From the IMG/VR virus record IMGVR_UViG_3300044824_000100, positions 64,001 to 85,577 of that record: a DNA stretch of 21,577 nucleotides; one strand, written 5' to 3'. Below are positions 16,001-21,577 of the stretch, piece after piece. This DNA is from a virus. Lineage: Duplodnaviria > Heunggongvirae > Uroviricota > Caudoviricetes. Within the stretch, counting starts at the first letter, position 1, and every line of letters begins with the position of its first letter. The notes beneath the pieces were generated by a model. The model saw nothing but the letters and a program-made list of their open reading frames with translations, was not told where the DNA came from and made no database searches. A program made the translations under genes and the position numbers.

Positions 16001-17920
16001 AACGGAAGCATGATAGCTCTCAACGGTGCTGTAACCCTGAGTGCTGCTGCCAACGTAAATGCGGTAGCTGCAGTGAGTCCTCCGGTCCCACCCGAAAGTG
16101 CTGGTACGGCAACTCTTGCACGCCTCGATGTACGCTCAGAAGAAGGTATCACCAAAGTAGTTCAAGGTGAGACGATCGACATCGGCGAAGGTGATTCTGA
16201 CAACATTCAGAGATTCATCGGCATGAGTTCGCTAGCAGAGACCTATCCGATCTACTTTACTGGGCCATATAATACACTGTGGAATCTAGCTAACTACAAC
16301 GGCAACATCACAGACAACTTAACGCTTCGTACCAGTAAGCTCACTGCCATGATGGCAGATAAGGCGCAAGACAAGACTATTAAGTACTTGACTACTGCTA
16401 GCACAGCAGTAAACACTGCTAATGGATTGTCACAACAGATTACATTTTTGCCTTCAGCTAGTACGTTGACCATATTGCAACCCGGATCCCCAGGAAACGC
16501 AGTAATATCATTGCCAAACGTTTCCCCAGGTATTTCTCTGCTCGCTAACCAATCAGCTTATGTAGTTATAAACAGAAACGCAGCAAGTACACCAAGTATT
16601 GTTGTGGTAAATACAGCAGATGTGCCAATCGACGAGAATGTCATAGTTATCGCAAGTAGACTTGGTGATAACAGCATATGGTTATGGAATGGCGAGAATG
16701 TAATTGGTGCAGCGCCATTACAACCAACTAGTGGTGGATTGGTTAAAGTTAAATATTTTGATCCTATTAGTACATCGTTGCCCACGGGGTCTGTAATCGA
16801 AGACGGAGATACAGTTGTCGCAGGTGACACAGTACTTTTTGCCGCTCTTACCTCTGGAACCAATAACGCCGTCTATATGGCTAATGGAACTGGGAGTACC
16901 ATAGCCGGATGGACTCTACAAAATGCATTTAATGGAAACGCTTCGCCATCAAGCGCAGACACAGTCATCATTCAAGAAGGTAACTCATTCCAAGATCAGA
17001 TCGGCAAGTGGAACGATACTGCATGGGTATTCAATGATAAGGTTAGATATTTTAATATTGATACTGCCACGGGCGTATATAGTTACTTCGAACAGGATGC
17101 TATAGCAGTAAGCACATTAACGGATAACACTGCTAACGGCACAGTAACTAGCTTTAATTATCCTGGCAGTGAATTCATGATTGTTGATTTCTCTGTAAAC
17201 AGAGGATCAGCTAGGGACACGGGTACGATATGGGTTACCACGGATGGAATATCTACTGTAGAAGTTGCAACCGGTGGAGCATACATAAATAACAGCGGTG
17301 TGTCATTTAGCGGAAGCATATCTGGTGGCGTATTCAGTCTTCTATACACAACCACGTCTACTGGCAGTGATGCAACAATGAAGTTTATGATACGCAGATG
17401 GTCTAATACGAACGGCGGGCCTGGTGGCGTTCCTAGTTATAGCGGTGCAAGTAGTTCTGTTGTTGCGGCCGGACCAAACGAAGCGATACAATTTAACAAC
17501 GGCGGTTTAATCGACGGCGTAGCTAGTTTCTTAATAGATACAACGAATAGTTATCTAGGTACTGTTGGTGCTATAGTGCTTAACGGCTTAAGTCAAGGCA
17601 TATTATCCTCAGGAATAACATTAACAGATAACACTTCCACGCCTACTGCTATTTTTTCATACCCAGCAGCATCTTCTCCATTTGCTGTCGTAGAGTATTC
17701 CATTGCAAGAGGTGGTGATTCTAGTACGGGGAGACTCATGATCGCTAACAATGGCTCAGTTAGTTCAGAGAGCGATGACTTTGTTGAAACAGATCAATTC
17801 GCTCCAATAGGAGTCACATTTAGTACCGCTATAGTTGGATCCGACGTCGTAGTGTATTACATGACCAGCAGTACAGGCTTCAATGCCATATTTAAGTACT
17901 CTGGTAGGTCTTGGAGTTAA
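13016..17920 (+). CDS. Baseplate-attached fibre/appendage protein with tandem DUF3494 ice-binding domains (1634 aa)
   Basis: Occupies the gpH (fibre) position after J and I. T/S/G/A-rich beta modules. Two complete DUF3494 domains bounded by Pro-rich linkers. Two ~100-aa C-terminal repeats. Confidence 0.75.
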   Translation: MAVLGRLLISSAERLDLPDLLSIDSYSAGDWKYFMDTLVGEDTPYIIKGFDVINPGLAIGTQNISINIADSAMYYPGSGAGSFFYGLPAGSPSAQPLVPSLVLNATNYVYLTFTTAATAEDTRAFWDPDANGGQGDEFTQEVNTESVIQVQVNVSTGSFPDNTVPVAIVVVGPTSISSIEDARPMMFRLGTGGIDPNPSNRFAWPAIPSTMYEQMETPITITSFSQPNPFQGGDKNITSLKQWMDAVMSQLANIAGTQYWYEDNATFSLVSLFNDLNITFYSKGKYEHSSSVPGELTLTENLVVKSANSPQDIIIQPGTIIIPDEYVAYITLNSAQPVNSLNQPVLWTNGSLYLNTPNGSIGYFSELSVGDWVTAAGDPGNYALQVEQFYSGTNGSGSVTTAANAKSVLLGGTYQGLTGSKLGAFNQGIYAISDIQIQPRSSPAIAAAGGNFLWLVLRSDTIEGIGDIHAVTVSGTLTVTDGSAASPTGTVAEVIAMGHGMIDGDRITVTAPFGQVGTYTVEVIDANTFFFNTTSTSTGAFTGFYGLCTTVALGNESANNGFESGETVNIAGTTNYNGEYVINYRSPTQFEFPFGSIPTPPPGSPNLATAAEYAVLAGSAITNTGSTVITGNLGLYPGTSVTGFPPGTVSGTQDIAEAAAQQAEVDATNAYNAMQALTPTIIPTELGGQTLAPGIYAASSGTFTLNGTLTLSGTSSSVYVFQTASTLITGASSTPVVALGSVLPANIYWAVGSSATINSGHAGTFPGNIVAQASITDTLGGTVNGRLIALTGAVTFSAAATLNAPSVGPTPPPTVLGPAGTFAILAASAVTNSGSSVLTGNLGISPGTSITGFPPGTYTGTEDIANTASAVAQAAASSAYTTLSGMTSTAIPSILDGQTLTPGVYREASGTFNLAASGNGTLTLNGAGQYVFICSSTLTTGAGGIPTIALTNGALAGNIYWVVGSSATINSGNAGTFQGNIIAQASITDTSGGTVNGSMIALNGAVTLSAAANVNAVAAVSPPVPPESAGTATLARLDVRSEEGITKVVQGETIDIGEGDSDNIQRFIGMSSLAETYPIYFTGPYNTLWNLANYNGNITDNLTLRTSKLTAMMADKAQDKTIKYLTTASTAVNTANGLSQQITFLPSASTLTILQPGSPGNAVISLPNVSPGISLLANQSAYVVINRNAASTPSIVVVNTADVPIDENVIVIASRLGDNSIWLWNGENVIGAAPLQPTSGGLVKVKYFDPISTSLPTGSVIEDGDTVVAGDTVLFAALTSGTNNAVYMANGTGSTIAGWTLQNAFNGNASPSSADTVIIQEGNSFQDQIGKWNDTAWVFNDKVRYFNIDTATGVYSYFEQDAIAVSTLTDNTANGTVTSFNYPGSEFMIVDFSVNRGSARDTGTIWVTTDGISTVEVATGGAYINNSGVSFSGSISGGVFSLLYTTTSTGSDATMKFMIRRWSNTNGGPGGVPSYSGASSSVVAAGPNEAIQFNNGGLIDGVASFLIDTTNSYLGTVGAIVLNGLSQGILSSGITLTDNTSTPTAIFSYPAASSPFAVVEYSIARGGDSSTGRLMIANNGSVSSESDDFVETDQFAPIGVTFSTAIVGSDVVVYYMTSSTGFNAIFKYSGRSWS
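14834..15427 (+). other. DUF3494 ice-binding-like domain, copy 2 (aa ~607-804)
   Basis: YAVLAGSAITNTGSTVITGNLGLYPGTSVTGFPPG; AAQQAEVDATNAYN; ELGGQTLAPGIY; VYVFQTASTL; NIYWAVGSSATI; TVNGRLIALTGAVT. Confidence 0.92.
15461..16063 (+). other. DUF3494 ice-binding-like domain, copy 3 (aa ~816-1016)
   Basis: FAILAASAVTNSGSSVLTGNLGISPGTSITGFPPG; AVAQAAASSAY; LDGQTLTPGVY; NIYWVVGSSATI; FQGNIIAQASIT; TVNGSMIALNGAVTL. Confidence 0.92.
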
Positions 17921-17932
17921 TAAGTCAACATG

Positions 17933-17950
17933 GTAGTATCTAAGTAGGAG
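17933..17950 (+). promoter_or_regulatory. Putative extended -10 (TG-g-TAGTAT, 17931-17939) plus Shine-Dalgarno AGGAG (17946-17950)
   Basis: AGGAG lies 5 nt before the ATG at 17956. GTAGTAT resembles the GTAGAAT motif of the other spacers. Confidence 0.5.
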
Positions 17951-17955
17951 TTAAC

Positions 17956-20376
17956 ATGGCCGTAAATGCACTAAATTTTGGTAGTAAGGTCGTATTCTTA
18001 AATGGATTCGCTGTTACGTTGCCTATTGCTGCCTCTAATCCAGCTTCAGCAGTGGCCGGTGACTTTTATTACAACTCAACATCTAACACTATTTACTACT
18101 ATAATGGCAGTGCTTGGGTTCAACTAGCAACTGGCGGAACTGCTTTAACGAGTGTTTCTGTTGCTTCTGCGAACGGTTTAGCTGGTACATCTTCTGGTGG
18201 TACGACTCCCACTCTAACACTTTCAACGACGATCACTGGTATACTACAAGGCAACGGAACGGCAATCAGTGCAGCTACGACTACCGGCACTGGCAGCGTC
18301 GTACTTGCAACTAGTCCAACTCTAATTACTCCTGCATTAGGGACTCCTAGTGCATTAGTAGGAACAAATATAACTGGTACTGCTTCTGGCCTTACAGCAG
18401 GAACAGTGACTACTAATGCTAACCTGACAGGTGATGTGACGTCAGTTGGTAATGCCACAACTTTAGCTACCGTCAATTCTAACGTTGGCAGTTTCGGCAG
18501 CAGTACGTCTATCCCAAGCCTTACTGTCAATGCGAAAGGTTTAATCACCGCAGTATCTAGCAACGTAGTGATTGCCCCAGCTGGCACGTTATCGGGTACA
18601 GTATTAAATTCTAGCGTTGTAACTTCTTCTTTAACTTCTTTGGGTATTCAGGCTCAGGCCCTAAACATGGGTAGCAACCAGATCAATAATCTGGCAACTC
18701 CGTCCGTTTCAAGTGATGCTGCAACCAAGGGATATGTGGACTCTTTAGTTAGTGGCCTAACTTGGCAGGGTCCCGCTAAAGCTTACGCTGACTCCAACAT
18801 ACCTCTTACTGGTGGCGCGACACTAACAATCGATGGATACTCTGTTCAAAACGGTGACCTTGTTATCCTTGGAAACCAAACTATTGCCTCTCAAAATGGT
18901 GAGTATACCGCTAGCGGAATCGGTACGGCATACACACTAACGCCAAACGGACTTCCTTCCGCAGCAGGTGATGCTTGGTTGATCCTTGACGGTGCAGTAT
19001 ACGGAGATAGCGCCTTCGTAGCTAACGCCGCCGTTCCAGCAGCTACGTTCACAGAATTTGCTGGTCCAACCGCTTACACATTCAATGCTCCGCTATCTTT
19101 ATCAGGACGTTCGATAAGTATTACTGAAGCTACTACTTCAACCAATGGTTATCTGAGTTCAACGGATTGGAACACCTTTAACAATAAGCAACCAGCTGGT
19201 AGCTACATCACTGCTCTAACCGGCGATGCCACTGCTTCTGGTCCAGGTTCTGCAGTTCTGACTCTGGCCACTGTCAATTCTAATGTAGGATCATTTGGTT
19301 CGTCTACAGCAATACCATCATTCACAGTTAATGCAAAGGGTTTAATCACCGCTGCATCAACCAGCGTTGTTACTGCTCCAGCAGGAACTCTAACTGGAAC
19401 TACACTCGCTGCAAATGTTGTCAGCTCATCGTTGACGTCTGTTGGAACCATTACAAGCGGTACATGGACAGGAACAACTATTGCCATAGCAAATGGCGGC
19501 ACTGGACAGACAAGTGCATCGGCAGCATTCAATGCTCTCTCGCCAATCACAACCACTGGCGACATGATATATAGTACAAGTGGCGCCACTAACTCACGTC
19601 TACCTATTGGGTCTACAAATCAAGTTTTAACTGTTATTGCTGGTGTTCCCACGTGGGCATCTCCTGCAACCTCAGGAACTGTAACATCGGTGAGTGTTGT
19701 TTCTGCTAATGGATTCAATGGTTCTGTAGCAACTGCTACGTCAACGCCAGCTATTACGATCTCTACCACCGTTAACAGTCCGGTGCTTGCTGGCAACGGA
19801 ACGGCAATCAGTGCAGCTACGACTACCGGCACTGGCAGCACGGTTGTTCTTAACGCATCTCCCACACTTACCGGCACGCTCACTGCAGCAGCTGCTAATT
19901 TTTCTGGGGTAATTGGTGCTAACGGCGGCATTACATCTACTGGGACATTGCTAATAAACGTAAACGGCGGAGCAAGCGCATTACAAATTGAAGCCTTAAA
20001 TTTCCAAAGATCAACCAATGGTACTAACTTTGTTACCGAAACTTATGTTGACTCTACAACATTAATAGATAACTCTGGTCCTACTGCTGTCGCCGCCTTT
20101 CAATTTGCTGTTTCAGTGTTCTCTGGAATTGAGATCACATATGTCATTGAATCTGCTGACGGTGCCGCCGATAGGCGTGTTGGAACCATCCGCGTAACAG
20201 CTAACAGTATCGGAACCATTACTCCTTCTATCTCTGATATGTACACTGAATCTGCAGATTGCGGAGTTACATGGAGTGCTACTAACTCTGGTGGAACTAT
20301 TTCAGTCAACTACACAACTTCCAATCAAGGTGCTGCTAGGACTATGAGGGCTGATGCTAAGTTTTTTAGAGCATAA
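17956..20376 (+). CDS. Tail-fibre-like protein with internal repeats (806 aa)
   Basis: Good SD. Very T/S/G/A-rich. Fibre motifs GDFYYNSTSNTIYYYNGSAW, DAATKGYVD, TVNAKGLITA (x2) and IAIANGGTG. C-terminal ~100-aa domain shared with the previous gene. Confidence 0.8.
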   Translation: MAVNALNFGSKVVFLNGFAVTLPIAASNPASAVAGDFYYNSTSNTIYYYNGSAWVQLATGGTALTSVSVASANGLAGTSSGGTTPTLTLSTTITGILQGNGTAISAATTTGTGSVVLATSPTLITPALGTPSALVGTNITGTASGLTAGTVTTNANLTGDVTSVGNATTLATVNSNVGSFGSSTSIPSLTVNAKGLITAVSSNVVIAPAGTLSGTVLNSSVVTSSLTSLGIQAQALNMGSNQINNLATPSVSSDAATKGYVDSLVSGLTWQGPAKAYADSNIPLTGGATLTIDGYSVQNGDLVILGNQTIASQNGEYTASGIGTAYTLTPNGLPSAAGDAWLILDGAVYGDSAFVANAAVPAATFTEFAGPTAYTFNAPLSLSGRSISITEATTSTNGYLSSTDWNTFNNKQPAGSYITALTGDATASGPGSAVLTLATVNSNVGSFGSSTAIPSFTVNAKGLITAASTSVVTAPAGTLTGTTLAANVVSSSLTSVGTITSGTWTGTTIAIANGGTGQTSASAAFNALSPITTTGDMIYSTSGATNSRLPIGSTNQVLTVIAGVPTWASPATSGTVTSVSVVSANGFNGSVATATSTPAITISTTVNSPVLAGNGTAISAATTTGTGSTVVLNASPTLTGTLTAAAANFSGVIGANGGITSTGTLLINVNGGASALQIEALNFQRSTNGTNFVTETYVDSTTLIDNSGPTAVAAFQFAVSVFSGIEITYVIESADGAADRRVGTIRVTANSIGTITPSISDMYTESADCGVTWSATNSGGTISVNYTTSNQGAARTMRADAKFFRA
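18250..19839 (+). repeat. Perfect 48-bp direct repeat (18250-18297 and 19792-19839) encoding GNGTAISAATTTGTGS
   Basis: GGCAACGGAACGGCAATCAGTGCAGCTACGACTACCGGCACTGGCAGC is identical at both sites, in frame, 1542 bp apart. Confidence 0.95.
18424..19446 (+). repeat. Diverged ~75-aa repeat (18424-18645 and 19216-19446)
   Basis: LTGD...TLATVNSNVGSFGSST.IPS.TVNAKGLITA.S..V..APAGTL.GT.L...VV.SSLTS.G occurs twice. Synonymous positions are largely different. Confidence 0.9.
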
Positions 20377-20380
20377 TATA

Positions 20381-20413
20381 GTATAATAAGTTAAAGACTA
20401 ACGAGGATAGGGA
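20381..20413 (+). promoter_or_regulatory. Putative -10 GTATAAT (20381-20387) and SD-like GAGG/AGGGA (20403-20413)
   Basis: Perfect TATAAT in the 42-nt spacer. Purine-rich tract ends 5 nt before the ATG at 20419. Confidence 0.45.
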
Positions 20414-20418
20414 ATCGA

Positions 20419-21577
20419 ATGTCACTGAATTCACTTAAGGTCCGCAATGCGATTACCTTAAAACCAAATAGTACACCAACAAATCCAGAAAATGGCGATA
20501 TCTATTACGATGCTACTGCTAACGTATTCTATTTCTATCAAAATGGCGCGTTTATCTCCATACCTGTTTCTACTTCATCTCCTACATTTGATAACCTAAC
20601 ATTAACTGGATACGAGGCAAGACAAGAACTCGTCGATACTACTACAACTGGTAGTGCTGCAGTTCTTAATAGTGCTGCTGCTAGTTTGGTTGTCTTAACT
20701 AACGTTTCATTAACATCATTGAGCACCATCCCAGCTGGTGCTAATGGTCAACTACTTATCTTGAACAATCAAACCGGTGCTGCGATTACAGTTAATAACG
20801 ACGCTGGGTCTCCCACTGCAAATCAGATCACGACAGGTACGGGATCAAACTTAAGCTTGGCAAATACTGCATCGATCCTGATGGCTTACGATAACCACTC
20901 TAGCAAGTGGATTGTCGTTGGTGGTTCAGGTTCTGGTGGTGGCGGTGGAGTAAGTTCAGTAACCGCGTCCACTCCATTAGCTAGTTCTGGTGGAACAACG
21001 CCCAATATAAGTTTAACTGGTACGATTCCAGTCGCAAATGGCGGTACTGGTCTAACTTCTGTGGGAACCGCCGGTCAGCTCTTAGAGAGCACCGGAACAG
21101 GCTTACAGTTTGTAAATCAATCGGTGGTGGGGACTATTGTTGCTCAATATGGGGTAACCACAGGAGCGACAACTGCTGCTGGAGTTCCTATTAACTTCGA
21201 TACCAAAATCGTAGATACTAATAATGCCGTAACAACGGGTGTAGGTACTTGGAAGTTCACCGCTCCTGTTGCCGGTTTTTACATGGTATCTAATGTAATT
21301 TCCACCTCCACTAATCAAGATATTCTTTTATATAAAAATGGTGTGAGTCAAAACTTTATTCAAGATAGTTTAACCGGAGAAGTTATTTCTTCTGGAACTA
21401 GTGGTATCCAATTGAATCAAGGAGATACTTTCTATCTATCGTTTAATTCAGGCGGAGGAACGACAGAAGGTGGAACAGCTCCAAGGTTTCTCTGTAGCAT
21501 ACTCATAACTCTAGTCACCGGCAATGTAACCGCCAGCGCCCCCACAGTCACTACTCTCCTCTCCGGATCTGGAACCT
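20419..21577 (+). CDS. 3'-truncated tail-fibre-like protein with a C1q/TNF-like domain (>=386 aa; absent from the ORF track because no stop lies in the window)
   Basis: Hand translation is open to the window end: MSLNSLKVRNAITLKPNSTPTNPENGDIYYDATANVFYFYQNG...GGSGSGGGGGVSSVTASTPLASSGGTTP...IPVANGGTGLTSVGTAGQLL...PINFDTKIVDTNNAVTTGVGTWKFTAPVAGFY...LYKNG...IQLNQGDTFYL...TTLLSGSGT. Confidence 0.85.
   Translation, partial: MSLNSLKVRNAITLKPNSTPTNPENGDIYYDATANVFYFYQNGAFISIPVSTSSPTFDNLTLTGYEARQELVDTTTTGSAAVLNSAAASLVVLTNVSLTSLSTIPAGANGQLLILNNQTGAAITVNNDAGSPTANQITTGTGSNLSLANTASILMAYDNHSSKWIVVGGSGSGGGGGVSSVTASTPLASSGGTTPNISLTGTIPVANGGTGLTSVGTAGQLLESTGTGLQFVNQSVVGTIVAQYGVTTGATTAAGVPINFDTKIVDTNNAVTTGVGTWKFTAPVAGFYMVSNVISTSTNQDILLYKNGVSQNFIQDSLTGEVISSGTSGIQLNQGDTFYLSFNSGGGTTEGGTAPRFLCSILITLVTGNVTASAPTVTTLLSGSGT
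21130..21516 (+). other. C1q/TNF-like beta-sandwich domain
   Basis: I.FD.....N......G...FTAPVAG.Y ... LYKNG ... SG...I.L..GD...L is the gC1q-like pattern seen in phage fibres and bacterial surface proteins. Confidence 0.7.

Noticed and set aside
6825-16063. Ice-nucleation protein (InaZ-type) or RTX-type ice adhesin
   Set aside because: No AGYGST-type octapeptide repeats or RTX nonapeptides. The motifs match DUF3494 instead.
4076-18314. Short alternative-frame + strand ORFs (4076-4270, 8065-8298, 16923-17105, 18114-18314)
   Set aside because: Fully nested in structural genes, with no clear RBS or motif; their lengths are expected by chance.
18250-19839. 48-bp repeat as a CRISPR repeat or DGR template/variable pair
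   Set aside because: Only two copies, in frame within one CDS, with no spacers and no adenine-specific mismatches. No reverse transcriptase is present in the window.
20050-20376. Peptidase S74 intramolecular chaperone at the fibre C-terminus
   Set aside because: No SD.RLK motif. The C-terminus is instead the beta module shared with the previous gene.
2151-20418. Rho-independent terminators between genes
   Set aside because: No GC-rich hairpin followed by a T-run was seen in any spacer (2151-2169, 12984-13015, 17921-17955, 20377-20418).
367-21318. Numerous minus-strand ORFs of 60-155 aa
   Set aside because: All lie antisense to long + strand genes. Their V/P/A-rich translations are the expected shadow of Thr/Gly/Ser/Ala codon bias, and none shows a recognisable motif.
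1-21577. Stop-codon reassignment, as in some jumbo phages
   Set aside because: Multi-kb ORFs are intact in the standard code, and TAA, TAG (2148-2150) and TGA (12981-12983) each end a gene at a sensible domain boundary.

Overview
This 21.6-kb window is the baseplate and tail-fibre morphogenesis block of a large contractile-tailed (myovirus-type, probably jumbo) phage or a phage-derived contractile injection system. Eight tightly packed + strand genes occur in P2/T4-like order: (1) a 5'-truncated hub or tube-initiator-like gene; (2) a LysM + gp25/gpW-like fusion; (3) a free-standing HNH homing endonuclease; (4) a giant 2576-aa baseplate J (gp6-like) protein; (5) an 832-aa split gpI (gp7-like) wedge protein; (6) a 1634-aa baseplate-attached fibre or appendage protein; (7) an 806-aa repeat-rich fibre; (8) a 3'-truncated fibre with a C1q-like domain that the ORF track missed. 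The standout observation is three DUF3494 (IBP-1 fold) ice-binding-protein domains embedded in virion structural proteins: one inside baseplate J and a tandem pair inside the next appendage protein. This suggests a multivalent ice-binding or repurposed surface-binding baseplate. The three copies are mosaics of one another. The wedge and fibre genes also share a toolkit of inserted modules. The HNH gene appears to have inserted into a conserved GTAGAATAGAGTTA promoter-like element. All family assignments come from motif recognition by eye; no database search was run.
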